DNA of 36,881 bases. Origin: a virus. Made by a program: the position numbers and the translations under genes. Below are positions 8,169 to 17,511 of the stretch, piece after piece. The stretch lies in the UHGV virus genome UHGV-0123951; one strand, written 5' to 3'. The notes under the pieces were generated by a model. The model worked only from the letters and a program-made list of their open reading frames with translations. It had not been told where the DNA came from and ran no database searches. How positions within the stretch are numbered: position 1 is the first letter of the stretch; each line of letters begins with the position of its first letter.

Positions 8169-9978
8169 GATTATTGTTGATAACTTTGCTGGTGGCGGTG
8201 GCGCATCAACGGGTATTGAACTGGCGATCGGGCGCAGCGTGGATATTGCGATCAACCACGACGAAAACGCCATTGCGATGCACAAGACGAACCACCCGGA
8301 CACACTGCATTATTGTGAATCCGTTTTTGACGTGGATCCGGTAGCTGCCACCGGCGGTAATCCTGTCGGCCTGGCATGGTTTAGCCCGGACTGCCGACAC
8401 TTCTCGAAGGCAAAAGGCGCAAAGCCAGTGAAAAAAGAGATACGCGGTCTGGCCTGGATTGTTCTGCGTTGGGCACTGGCAAAGCGACCGCGCGTGATGA
8501 TGCTGGAGAACGTGGAAGAGTTCAAAACGTGGGGACCGCTGCTGGCCGATGAAATGCGTCCGGATCCTGCCCGCACTGGCGAAACATTCAATGCATTTGT
8601 CGGCATGCTGTCCACTGGCATTCCTGCTGATCACCCGGCACTGGCTGAGGTTTGTGAGTTTCTGTCTATCGAAAGAGGTAGCGAGCAGGCGCAAAAGCTG
8701 GTGGATGGGCTCGGATATGATGTTGATTATCGCGAACTACGCGCGTGTGATTACGGCGCGCCGACGATCCGCAAACGCTTCTTCATGGTTATGCGTTGCG
8801 ATGGTTGCCCAATCCAGTGGCCTGCTGTTAGCCATGGGGATCCTAAGTCGCTGGAGGTGCAAAGTGGCAGGCTGATGCCATGGCGTACCGCTGCGGAATG
8901 TATCGACTGGAATGTTCCGGCCCTGTCCATCTTCGACCGCAAAAAACCGCTGGCGGAGAACACTCTGAAGCGGATCGCGCGCGGCATACAGCGCTTTGTT
9001 ATCGAAAGTGCGTCGCCGTTTATCGTGAAGTGCAATCACACCAGCACCAAAACGAGTTACGACTGTTTCCGCGGTCAGAAGCTGGACGAGCCTTTGCAAA
9101 CTATTACTAAAACCCACGGTTACGCGTTAGCTGTTCCACATCTGACAAAATTCCGCACTGGCGCAACCGGGCAGCCCGTTACCGAACCTGTCCCGACGGT
9201 AACCGCTGGCACATCAAAACGTCCGGGTGGGAATGGGCATGCTCTCGGGATTGTTGAGGCTGCACTAACACCATTTCTGGCGGGTAATGGTGGTAGTGAA
9301 TACCAGGCTAAACCGCGCCCGCTGGATAAACCTGCTCATACCATTCTGAAGCAATCCCGCGCCTGTCTTGTTGCGCCAGTGATAGCCCGCCAGTTTGGGG
9401 CCAGCGTCGGCCACCGGGCAGACGAACCGAGCGCCACAATTACAGCTGGTGGTGGCGGTAAATCACAATTGGTGGGCGCGTTCCTGGCGAAACACTACGG
9501 CGGTAACTATACGGGGCCGGGTGTCAGTATGGATGAACCCGCGCATTCAGTGACCACTGTCGACCATCATGCGGTAGTTGCCTCTCATCTGGTGAAACTG
9601 CGTGGAACATGCCGCGACGGGCAACGCCTTGATGTGCCAATGCCAACAATCACCGCTGGTGGCCAACACGTGGGTGAGGTACGCACATTTCTCGAGACGT
9701 ATTGCGGGGAAAGTGACGATGAATGGCTGGTAACGATCGATGGGGTTAAATACCAGATCGTTGATATCGGAATGCGCATGTTGCAGCCGCATGAACTCTA
9801 CAAAGCGCAGGGCTTCCCGGATGGTTACGTTATTGATCAGGACTACCGTGGAAATCTCTATGCAAAAGATAAGCAGGTAGCCCGCTGCGGTAATGCGGTA
9901 CCACCACCATTCGCCAGGGCGCTGGTGGAGGCAAATCTTCCGGAACTGTGTGCAGTGCAACAGCAGGAGGTGGCATGA
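8161..9978 (+). CDS. DNA cytosine-5 methyltransferase (605 aa)
   Basis: Motif I DNFAGGGG, Cys motif SPDCRHFS, ENV motif MMLENVEEF, C-terminal GNAVPPP; overlaps the Dam gene by 8 nt. Confidence 0.75.
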   Translation: MREIIVDNFAGGGGASTGIELAIGRSVDIAINHDENAIAMHKTNHPDTLHYCESVFDVDPVAATGGNPVGLAWFSPDCRHFSKAKGAKPVKKEIRGLAWIVLRWALAKRPRVMMLENVEEFKTWGPLLADEMRPDPARTGETFNAFVGMLSTGIPADHPALAEVCEFLSIERGSEQAQKLVDGLGYDVDYRELRACDYGAPTIRKRFFMVMRCDGCPIQWPAVSHGDPKSLEVQSGRLMPWRTAAECIDWNVPALSIFDRKKPLAENTLKRIARGIQRFVIESASPFIVKCNHTSTKTSYDCFRGQKLDEPLQTITKTHGYALAVPHLTKFRTGATGQPVTEPVPTVTAGTSKRPGGNGHALGIVEAALTPFLAGNGGSEYQAKPRPLDKPAHTILKQSRACLVAPVIARQFGASVGHRADEPSATITAGGGGKSQLVGAFLAKHYGGNYTGPGVSMDEPAHSVTTVDHHAVVASHLVKLRGTCRDGQRLDVPMPTITAGGQHVGEVRTFLETYCGESDDEWLVTIDGVKYQIVDIGMRMLQPHELYKAQGFPDGYVIDQDYRGNLYAKDKQVARCGNAVPPPFARALVEANLPELCAVQQQEVA

Positions 9979-10361
9979 AACTTGTGCTCCCGTTCCCTCC
10001 GAGCGTGAACACGTACTGGCGCGCCCCTAATAAGGGGCCGCTGGCCGGTCGTCACCTCATTAGCGCTGATGGTCGTAAATACCAGAGCGCTGCCTGCGTG
10101 GCGATCATTGAGCAATTACGACGTCTCCCGAAGCCATCGACTGAACTGGCAGCGGTAGAAATCACTCTGTACCCGCCGGATGCGCGCCGCCGGGATATCG
10201 ATAATTACAACAAAGCCCTGTTTGACGCGCTGACGCATGCGGGTGTCTGGGAAGACGACAGCCAGATTAAGCGCATGCTGGTGGAATGGGGACCCGTAGT
10301 GCCGAAAGGTCGGGTAGAGATAACGATCAGCAGATATGAACCGGCGGGTGCAGCCGCCTGA
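9975..10361 (+). CDS. rusA: RusA-family Holliday junction resolvase
   Basis: MKLVLPFPPSVNTYW ... RRDIDNYNKALFDALT pattern typical of RusA; ATGA overlap with the methyltransferase stop. Confidence 0.8.
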   Translation: MKLVLPFPPSVNTYWRAPNKGPLAGRHLISADGRKYQSAACVAIIEQLRRLPKPSTELAAVEITLYPPDARRRDIDNYNKALFDALTHAGVWEDDSQIKRMLVEWGPVVPKGRVEITISRYEPAGAAA

Positions 10362-10374
10362 TATGGAGAAAAGT

Positions 10375-11058
10375 ATGAGCCAGTTAGCAACAACAGCATT
10401 AACCATGTCCAGCAGCGATATTGCTGAGCTGGTGGAATCACGACATGACCATGTTAAACGGTCCATTGAACGCCTGGCAGAGCGCGGTGTTATTGAACTC
10501 CCCCCAATGGGGGAAGTTAAAAATCACCTCAATCAGTCGGTATCGGTTTATCTGATAGGGAAGCGGGACAGTTATATCGTTGTCGCGCAGCTGTCGCCGG
10601 AGTTTACCGCGCGTCTGGTTGATCGCTGGCAGGAGCTTGAGCAGGCACAGCAGCAGACGATTCCTCAATCATTCTCTGAAGCCCTACGTCTTGCAGCTGA
10701 CCTTGCAGAACAAAAACAGCAGTTGACTAACGAACTGGCTGCCGCGGCGCCGAAGGTAGCGTTTGTTGATCGGTACTGTACAGCCAGTGGGTCAATGTCA
10801 TTCCGCCAGGTGGCAAAACTGCTTAAGGCCAAAGAGCCAGATCTGCGGTTATTCCTCCTTGAGAACGACATTATGTATCGCCTTGGCGGAACGATGACCC
10901 CACGGCATCAGCATATTGATGCGGGCCGTTTTGAAGTGAAAACCGGCACATCCGTAACCTCAAATCATGCATTCAGCCAGGCACGTTTCACGGCGAAAGG
11001 CGTGCGCTGGATTGGTGGACTGTGGGCAGAACACATTGCCAGGGGGCAGGTCGCGTGA
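10375..11058 (+). CDS. Rha-family regulator with KilA-C/antirepressor-like C-terminal domain
   Basis: N-terminal Rha-like segment (SSSDIAELVESRHDHVKRSIERL); start moved to ATG 10375 with GGAG RBS. Confidence 0.65.
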   Translation: MSQLATTALTMSSSDIAELVESRHDHVKRSIERLAERGVIELPPMGEVKNHLNQSVSVYLIGKRDSYIVVAQLSPEFTARLVDRWQELEQAQQQTIPQSFSEALRLAADLAEQKQQLTNELAAAAPKVAFVDRYCTASGSMSFRQVAKLLKAKEPDLRLFLLENDIMYRLGGTMTPRHQHIDAGRFEVKTGTSVTSNHAFSQARFTAKGVRWIGGLWAEHIARGQVA

Positions 11059-12050
11059 GAGCTCTGCTTACCCCCGAGATCGCCCATCGTATGGGGATTG
11101 TGTTGTTCCGTCCTGGTGCGGAACTGATGCACCTCTTCATGCGTGGTCGCGTTCTGCTCGAGCCTGAACCAGAAGAAATGGCGTCATTCAGTACCGGGGC
11201 TGTTCCGGCAGCCATTCAGCCGCTGACTGATGATCCGGTAATGCGTCAGGTCTTCGAGAATGAGAGGGTTATTCAGCGTGCCGGTGGGATTTCTTCCCTT
11301 GAGCAATGGTTGAGTAATCGGTTTGAATGCCAGTGGCCACATTCATCGTGGCACGACAAGAACTTCACAACAATGCGGCACCCACCAGGAAGTATTCGCC
11401 TGTGCTGGCATTGCGATCACACTTTGTCGGGGCAGCATACCGAACAGCTTGCAGGTATAGCGGCCGGAAACCTGGTATCCTGGATTCTGGAAGTCATTCG
11501 GCGTGATTCTGGTTTTCCCGAGTCGCATATCCTGACGCTTCCGGAACTGTGCTGGTGGATGGTCAGAAACGACCTGGCTGATATTATTCCGGAAAGCGTT
11601 GCGCACAAAGGGCTGCGCCTTCCGGATGAGAAGATCCGTTCTGTCATGAGGGAAAGCGACATAGTGCCTTCCTCGTCAGCAACCAGACTCGTTCAGGAGA
11701 AGGCGAAGAAGATCCTCACGCTCTCTGTTGATCCAGAGTCGCCAGAGTCTTTCATGCTCAGGCCAAAGCGACGCCGCTGGATAAATGAGACGTACACCCG
11801 CTGGGTTAAAACACAACCCTGTGAGTGTTGCCGACGGCCAGCAGATGATCCGCACCATATCGTAGGGCACGGTATGGGTGGTACAGCAACAAAAGCCCAT
11901 GACCTCTTCGTGATCCCTCTGTGCAGAGAGTGCCACGATGAGTTACACGCCGATGTACCGGCATTCGAGCAAAAGCATGGTACGCAGCTTGAGCTGCTAC
12001 TGCGTTTTATGGATCGGGCGCTGGCGATCGGCGTAATTGCGACAGCTTAA
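11055..12050 (+). CDS. DUF968-like phage protein with Cys/His cluster (YdfU-like)
   Basis: C-terminal CECCRRPADDPHHIV ... CRECHDELH motif; GTGA overlap with upstream stop. Confidence 0.55.
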   Translation: MRALLTPEIAHRMGIVLFRPGAELMHLFMRGRVLLEPEPEEMASFSTGAVPAAIQPLTDDPVMRQVFENERVIQRAGGISSLEQWLSNRFECQWPHSSWHDKNFTTMRHPPGSIRLCWHCDHTLSGQHTEQLAGIAAGNLVSWILEVIRRDSGFPESHILTLPELCWWMVRNDLADIIPESVAHKGLRLPDEKIRSVMRESDIVPSSSATRLVQEKAKKILTLSVDPESPESFMLRPKRRRWINETYTRWVKTQPCECCRRPADDPHHIVGHGMGGTATKAHDLFVIPLCRECHDELHADVPAFEQKHGTQLELLLRFMDRALAIGVIATA

Positions 12051-12066
12051 GAAGTATGGAGACCGT

Positions 12067-12897
12067 ATGAATCTGGACAATGTTTTAAAGTTTTTTGCGC
12101 CTAAAGGCATGCACATCTCAGATACCAGCAGAGCGACAGCAAGTGAGCAACTTACTGTGACTGATGTAATGGCGGCACTGGGGATGACTCAGGCTGATGC
12201 GGGCATCGGGCTGGCAATGTTTCTGGGTAAAGCTTGTATCAGCAGCCAGGACAGGGAGGCGTCAATTGCCTGGCTAACGGAGTACGCGAAAGAGCATGCT
12301 CCCATGGCTATTCGTAAAGCATCAGGGAAAAAGTTTCCCCTCTGCATGCGTATCCTTGCCCGGTTTGCCTATAACGATTATTCCTCATCAGCAGCTGATT
12401 GTGTGGCATGCCCAAAATGTAGTGGTAAAGGGTTGCTTACAACCACTAAAACCGTGACTAAAAGCCATTACACAATGCGATTGCCACAATGGGCAAAAGA
12501 CCTGAGACAGTCACCATCTGACTTTGAGGTTAAGCGCGATGTAACTGACACTGATCATACGTTATGTTCCCGCTGCCATGGCACCGGAAAGTTAAGTAAG
12601 CGATGCCAGTGCGGCGGCACAGGTAAGACTATTGACCGTAAAGCGACAGAACTGCAGGGCGTACCGGTTTACAAAGAATGTAAGCGCTGTGAAGGTCGGG
12701 GATACAGCAGGCCAAAATCATCGGTTGCCTATCGCGGTGTTTTTTCCGAGTTGCCCAGTCTGCCAGACCGGACGTGGCGTTATAGCTGGAAACCATTCTA
12801 TGAAATCTTGGTGACCAAATGTTTCCAGGAGGAGAGTTATTCAAGTTCTCAACTGAACCGGGTGACTAAAAGTGAAGATGTGATAAATATCGCGTAA
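12067..12897 (+). CDS. Q-like late-gene antitermination protein
   Basis: Multiple CxxC zinc-finger-like motifs; sits directly upstream of the late promoter/terminator and lysis cassette; start at MNLDNV with GGAGAC RBS. Confidence 0.65.
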   Translation: MNLDNVLKFFAPKGMHISDTSRATASEQLTVTDVMAALGMTQADAGIGLAMFLGKACISSQDREASIAWLTEYAKEHAPMAIRKASGKKFPLCMRILARFAYNDYSSSAADCVACPKCSGKGLLTTTKTVTKSHYTMRLPQWAKDLRQSPSDFEVKRDVTDTDHTLCSRCHGTGKLSKRCQCGGTGKTIDRKATELQGVPVYKECKRCEGRGYSRPKSSVAYRGVFSELPSLPDRTWRYSWKPFYEILVTKCFQEESYSSSQLNRVTKSEDVINIA

Positions 12898-12913
12898 TTT
12901 AGCGTCACGATGT

Positions 12914-12968
12914 TTGCAATGTTGCCGTTTTTGTGTATATTTGACATTAACGATGGGCATTGTATGTT
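12914..12968 (+). promoter_or_regulatory. late promoter region (PR'-like); two overlapping -35/-10 candidates
   Basis: TTGCAA/16/TATATT and TTGACA/16/TATGTT immediately downstream of the Q gene. Confidence 0.45.
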
Positions 12969-12981
12969 CAGAGTTAAGAAG

Positions 12982-13004
12982 CCCGCCACCGAGCGGGTTT
13001 TTTT
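12982..13004 (+). terminator. tR'-like intrinsic terminator (presumed target of Q antitermination)
   Basis: CCCGC-caccga-GCGGG hairpin followed by T7. Confidence 0.65.
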
Positions 13005-13084
13005 GGGTGCTAGGCCATTCAATCTACGTCAAAATCAATGTGTTACAATAGCCGCAAGCAAAACGACAACACAAAGGCGGCATA

Positions 13085-13327
13085 ATGAAATTAACATCTG
13101 TTCATATCGAAATTCTGCGTCGCGCAAGCGCTCTTGGACCACATGAAGTAATTCAATCTTTAAATCTGCCTCACATACCAGCGGAAGCGGTAAATTTTGC
13201 TATTTCTGATCTCGCTGAGTTGGGACTGGTAAATGCTGTGCAGAGTACGTCTGAACGTGACGACAGCTGGATAGTGAATAGAATCACGTCAAAGGGTCAT
13301 CGCTATTTAAATGAACTAGAGGCTTAA
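13085..13327 (+). CDS. small AT-rich hypothetical protein (80 aa), moron-like
   Basis: Track ORF; TGTTACAAT extended -10-like element upstream and a hairpin plus T-run downstream. Confidence 0.5.
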   Translation: MKLTSVHIEILRRASALGPHEVIQSLNLPHIPAEAVNFAISDLAELGLVNAVQSTSERDDSWIVNRITSKGHRYLNELEA

Positions 13328-13362
13328 TTCACTCTCTAGTAAAACGCGGGACATAATCTATA

Positions 13363-13390
13363 GGCTGCCATTTGGCGGCCTTTTCTATTT
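13363..13390 (+). terminator. intrinsic terminator after the small moron ORF
   Basis: GGCTGCC-attt-GGCGGCC hairpin then TTTTCTATTT. Confidence 0.45.
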
Positions 13391-13494
13391 CAGGCTCTGG
13401 GAATCACCATTACTTTCACCTTTGCATAAGAGCCCAGAAGCCTGATCCTCCTTTCATCACACAGCGCCATCCGAAGAATCGGAGGTGAGAGACC

Positions 13495-13830
13495 ATGAAA
13501 ATGCACAACGACCCTCACTCCTGGACGGAGTTAATTGAGTTACTTCATAGCTGGTGGCGCGGTGATACGCCAATTGGCGCAGTTCTTTTATCGGTAGCGA
13601 TGGCTGTACTGCGGATTGCATATGGTGGCGGCGGCTGGAAAAAGATGGTGCTGGAAGGGTTGATGTGTGGCGCCATGACACTGACGGCTGTTTCCGCACT
13701 CGAGTATTTCAGTCTTCCGCAGTCACTTTCCATTGCTATCGGTGGCGCGCTGGGGTTCGTTGGCGTTGAGCAGGTGCGCTCGGTGGCCACACGCGTTTTC
13801 AATGTTCGCTTTGGTGGCGACGCCAAGTAA
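13495..13830 (+). CDS. class I holin, lambda S-like, dual-start MKM motif
   Basis: MKM start, hydrophobic segments, resemblance to lambda S (LRIAYGGGGWKK, GLMCGAMT); GGAGGTGA RBS. Confidence 0.75.
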   Translation: MKMHNDPHSWTELIELLHSWWRGDTPIGAVLLSVAMAVLRIAYGGGGWKKMVLEGLMCGAMTLTAVSALEYFSLPQSLSIAIGGALGFVGVEQVRSVATRVFNVRFGGDAK

Positions 13831-13839
13831 AGGATCCCC

Positions 13840-14457
13840 ATGAACCAACAACAATTTCAGCAGGCGGCTGGTATCAGCGCCGGGCTTTCTGCACGCTGGT
13901 TTCCGCACATTGATGCGGCAATGAAAGAGTTTGGAATCACAGCAGTAAACGATCTGGCTATGTTCATTGCACAAATTGGGCATGAATCTGCTGGTTTTAC
14001 CTCGCTGGTCGAGAGCTTCAACTACTCGGTAGACGGGCTAAAGAAAACCTTTGGTAAACGCCTGACACCGTATCAGTGTGAAATGCTGGGGCGAGTAGAT
14101 GGTAAGCAAGTGGCCCACCAGCCGCAAATAGCCAATCTGGTTTATGGTGACCGCATGGGAAATAACAGCCCGGGTGATGGCTGGAAATATCGCGGTCGTG
14201 GCCTGCTTCAAATCACCGGCCGCGAGAACTACACCAAATGCGGTTTGGCGCTGAAGCTTGACCTTGTCAGTACGCCAGAACTTCTGACGCAAGAGCGACA
14301 TGCGGCTCGTTCGGCGGCATGGTACTTCACCTTACGTGGTTGCCTTATGTATTCAGGTGATGTTGTTCGTGTCACGCAGATCATCAACGGTGGCCAGAAC
14401 GGGCTGGCTGACAGAAATAGTCGTTATAACAAAGCGCGGGCGGCGTTGCTGGTATGA
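13840..14457 (+). CDS. endolysin, glycoside hydrolase family 19 (chitinase-like lysozyme)
   Basis: GH19-like motifs ([27 protein letters not shown]); position after holin. Confidence 0.8.
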   Translation: MNQQQFQQAAGISAGLSARWFPHIDAAMKEFGITAVNDLAMFIAQIGHESAGFTSLVESFNYSVDGLKKTFGKRLTPYQCEMLGRVDGKQVAHQPQIANLVYGDRMGNNSPGDGWKYRGRGLLQITGRENYTKCGLALKLDLVSTPELLTQERHAARSAAWYFTLRGCLMYSGDVVRVTQIINGGQNGLADRNSRYNKARAALLV

Positions 14458-14987
14458 CAGCGGTCTTTGCTTTTGTTAAGGCGCGGTGGAATACAATCAT
14501 TGTTTTGCTGATGTTAGCTGGCGCGTTTCTTGCCGGGAATGTCTGGAGTGAGCGGGGCTGGCAAAAGAAGTGGGCTGACCGCAATAGCGTGGAATCTTCA
14601 CAGGAAGCGAACGCCCAGACCGCCGCCCGCATGATTGAACAAGGGCGAATTATTGCCCGTGATGAGGCTGTTAAAGATGCACAAGCACAAGCCGCTAAAT
14701 CTGCTGCCACTGCTGCTGGCCTGTCTGCCATTGTTAGCCAGTTGCGTACCGAAGCAACAAAGCTTGCCGCCCGCCTGGACGCAGCAAAGCACACCTCAGA
14801 TCTTGCCGCTGCCGTCAGAAGCAAAACAGGCGGAGCCAACGCAGGATTGCTTGCCAACATGCTCGGACGCCTTGCAGAAGAGGCTAAACGATATGCTGGA
14901 ATCGCTGACGACCGCTACAACGCTGGAATGACGTGTGAGCGTGTTTACGACTCGGTAAGAGAGTCGAATAACAAAAGGGTTGAATGA
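14454..14987 (+). CDS. Rz-like i-spanin
   Basis: N-terminal TM segment, Ala/Gln-rich coiled-coil-like periplasmic part; follows endolysin. Confidence 0.7.
   Translation: MTAVFAFVKARWNTIIVLLMLAGAFLAGNVWSERGWQKKWADRNSVESSQEANAQTAARMIEQGRIIARDEAVKDAQAQAAKSAATAAGLSAIVSQLRTEATKLAARLDAAKHTSDLAAAVRSKTGGANAGLLANMLGRLAEEAKRYAGIADDRYNAGMTCERVYDSVRESNNKRVE
14677..14931 (+). CDS. Rz1-like o-spanin, embedded in +1 frame of Rz
   Basis: Lipoprotein signal with lipobox LLAS-C, proline-rich mature region, fully embedded in the Rz ORF. Confidence 0.65.
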   Translation: MHKHKPLNLLPLLLACLPLLASCVPKQQSLPPAWTQQSTPQILPLPSEAKQAEPTQDCLPTCSDALQKRLNDMLESLTTATTLE

Positions 14988-15217
14988 TGAATGTCGAAAA
15001 TCTGACCGAAGCATATTACATCAACAACGGGATAAAAGAGCTACAACGACAGAAAGGCATACTGGAAAGTGGTGATGGGCTTGGTGTGACAATTCAGTCT
15101 ACCTATCAGGATAAAGCCTTTGTTGATGCTATTCGCCCACATGCAGTGGCTGAACTTAATCGCCGGATTGAGGAAAAGAAAACCGTCCTGGTTAGTTTTG
15201 GCATCTCTTTCACTTAA
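14984..15217 (+). CDS. hypothetical protein (77 aa)
   Basis: Track ORF; start overlaps Rz stop. Confidence 0.45.
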   Translation: MMNVENLTEAYYINNGIKELQRQKGILESGDGLGVTIQSTYQDKAFVDAIRPHAVAELNRRIEEKKTVLVSFGISFT

Positions 15218-15236
15218 GGAATCCTGTGGAGGATTT

Positions 15237-15464
15237 ATGCGTCTCACTGTATTAGATGACGATCCCGGCAGAAAAATTAATCTCGCTCAGGAACGATACA
15301 CCGTTTATCTCGACGGTGTAGAGGTTAAGCATGTTTTCACTGCTGATGATGAAAAAGGCGAGGTGATTGCCGCTGTACCCGATGAGCGCGGGTATATGAC
15401 GGCAGAGAACGGCGAAGTGAAACGGCGGTCGCTTTACGGGAAGGTCACCATTAAGCGTCAATAA
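15237..15464 (+). CDS. hypothetical protein (75 aa)
   Basis: Start moved to the ATG preceded by GGAGGA; track start at 15120 is an upstream extension. Confidence 0.5.
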   Translation: MRLTVLDDDPGRKINLAQERYTVYLDGVEVKHVFTADDEKGEVIAAVPDERGYMTAENGEVKRRSLYGKVTIKRQ

Positions 15465-15481
15465 ACCCTGATGGAGAAATT

Positions 15482-16939
15482 ATGCAGGTCACTATTGATG
15501 GTGTCCCGTATTTGCCTGCCTGTGCTTCAGCGTCACGGATTGGCATTGCGATTACCACCCACAACCGGGCGGACGTTTTAAAGCGTGCTGTTGAGCAGCA
15601 CCAGAAGCATCTGCCAGCCGGTGCGCTGCTGGTGGTTGTCGATGATGGTTCAAAACCTGCAGCGATAGCACCCGACGGCGTGCAACTGCTTCGCCATGAA
15701 ACATCACTCGGCATTGTTGCCTCGAAGAACGCCAGCCTGTCAGCCCTGATGGATGTCGGGTGCGAGCATCTGTTTTTATGGGATGATGATGCCTGGCCCA
15801 TCGCCGATAACTGGCATCTTCCCTACATCGAATCACCAGAGCCGCACCTGGCTTACCAGTTTCTGGATCTGGCTGGTCGCAATAAGCTGAACGACATGGC
15901 GGAGCTGTACCGTGATGATAAGCATGTTGCTTACACTGGTCAGCGCGGGGTGATGCTTTACTACCACCGCAGCGCCATCAAGAAGGTTGGCGGATTCGAT
16001 CCGGTATACGGTCGCGGCATGTACGAGCATCCCGATCTGGCGCTTCGGATTCACAACGCTGGTTTAACGTCGTGGGCGTTCGCTGATGTAGTTGGCTCTG
16101 AAAAGCTGATTCACTCAATGGACGAGTACGAAGAGGGCGTGCGCTCAATACCACGGCCTGACCGAGAGGCACTGGTAAAAAGAAACGTTGGCATCTTCAA
16201 CGCTCGACGCGACAGCGGTTATACAGGCTTTGCCTCGTACAGCAGAAATCCAAATCTAGTGATTACGACGCTGCTCACAAGCCAGCCAGACCCACAGCGA
16301 GGCAGGAAGATGAAACCCGACCCGCAGGCTCTTCAGGCTTGGGCAGATTCAATATCCGGCGCGCTGCCGATTGTCCTGGCTGACGAATTAAAAGAGTCGC
16401 CAACTGGCGCCGGTCTGTTTGAAGTCCCGCCGTTGGGCATGAGCCCATACTTTGCTCGCTGGCTTCACATCTATCAGTATCTTCGTGCCCACCCTGAATA
16501 CCATCTTGTCTGGTGTACTGACGGGACAGACGTTGAAATGCTGCGTGAGCCTTGGGCAGAGATGGCGCCGGGTAAAATTTACGTTGGCTCCGAGCACAAA
16601 ACCTACTTTGACGAATGGATGAAGGACAATCACCACGGCAAAGCTTATAGCGAGTTCTTCGAACTGCACCGGGATGAGCAACTGCTTAATGCTGGCCTGA
16701 TTGGTGGCTACCGTGAAGATGTAATGGAGTTCGCCCACCGGATCATCCGTCAGCATTACCTTATTGAAAGCCACCGCTTCTGGAAGATGGAAGCAGCTCC
16801 CGCCACGCTGGTGGACATGGGCGCTTTCGGGATGGCTGCAAAGTCATTCGGTAATCGAATCGTTACCGGCCCTCTGGTGCATACCATCTTTAAAACGGAT
16901 GGCTTCGGAAAGGAGACCGCATGGTGGAAACACAAGTGA
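15482..16939 (+). CDS. family 2 glycosyltransferase with ~250-aa C-terminal domain of unknown function (485 aa)
   Basis: GT2 signature (IAITTHNR ... LLVVVDDGS ... WDDDAW); no obvious membrane spans; GGAGAA RBS. Confidence 0.7.
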   Translation: MQVTIDGVPYLPACASASRIGIAITTHNRADVLKRAVEQHQKHLPAGALLVVVDDGSKPAAIAPDGVQLLRHETSLGIVASKNASLSALMDVGCEHLFLWDDDAWPIADNWHLPYIESPEPHLAYQFLDLAGRNKLNDMAELYRDDKHVAYTGQRGVMLYYHRSAIKKVGGFDPVYGRGMYEHPDLALRIHNAGLTSWAFADVVGSEKLIHSMDEYEEGVRSIPRPDREALVKRNVGIFNARRDSGYTGFASYSRNPNLVITTLLTSQPDPQRGRKMKPDPQALQAWADSISGALPIVLADELKESPTGAGLFEVPPLGMSPYFARWLHIYQYLRAHPEYHLVWCTDGTDVEMLREPWAEMAPGKIYVGSEHKTYFDEWMKDNHHGKAYSEFFELHRDEQLLNAGLIGGYREDVMEFAHRIIRQHYLIESHRFWKMEAAPATLVDMGAFGMAAKSFGNRIVTGPLVHTIFKTDGFGKETAWWKHK

Positions 16940-17511
16940 AGTATGTTGTGATTGGTCACCATTCCCGCTATGCCTCAGCTGCATTGCTGGCTGGCGAACT
17001 TGGCGCACACCTGCTTATCGATGAAGGGAATCACGGTGCGAACTGGAATCACCGGCGCGCTATCGAATGGGCTGCTGAGCAACCTTGCCGGGTAGTGGTG
17101 CTGGAAGACGACGCGCTGCCTGTACGTGGATTCAGAGACAAGATTACGGGCTGGCTGGCTCGTTTCCCTGGCGACATGCTTAGTTTTTATCTGGGCACTG
17201 GGCGGCCACCGCAATACCAAATGCAGATAGCTGAACGCCTGATTAATGCGGATAAGGTGAGGTCTGACTTCATTATGCTGCAACGCCTGATACATGGCGT
17301 GTGCTACAGCATACCGCCTCAAAGCATCAGCCGTGTGCTGTCTCAATGGGACTGCAGTAAGCCTGCCGATTATGCCGTGGGCGATGCTTATGGTGGCGTT
17401 GTCGTCTATCCCTGCTGGTCGCTGGTGGACCATGCAGACGGCGAACCGGTTGAGCGTCACCCTGACTCAGCTCCACGAACAGAACGCCGCCGGGCGTGGA
17501 GGTTAGCCTGA
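16921..17511 (+). CDS. hypothetical protein, possibly GT-A-like (196 aa)
   Basis: VVVLEDDALP segment resembles a DxD-type motif; AGGAGA RBS; overlaps the glycosyltransferase stop. Confidence 0.45.
   Translation: MVETQVKYVVIGHHSRYASAALLAGELGAHLLIDEGNHGANWNHRRAIEWAAEQPCRVVVLEDDALPVRGFRDKITGWLARFPGDMLSFYLGTGRPPQYQMQIAERLINADKVRSDFIMLQRLIHGVCYSIPPQSISRVLSQWDCSKPADYAVGDAYGGVVVYPCWSLVDHADGEPVERHPDSAPRTERRRAWRLA

Noticed and set aside
7685-8694. Long minus-strand track ORFs 7685..8077 and 8206..8694
   Set aside because: Antisense shadows of the two methyltransferase genes, with Ser/Arg-rich low-complexity translations
14384-14860. Minus-strand 158-aa track ORF overlapping Rz
   Set aside because: Ala/Arg-rich antisense shadow of the well-supported Rz/Rz1 genes
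16388-17460. Minus-strand track ORFs 16388..16774 and 16975..17460
   Set aside because: Antisense to the glycosyltransferase and its partner, which have strong RBSs and recognisable motifs
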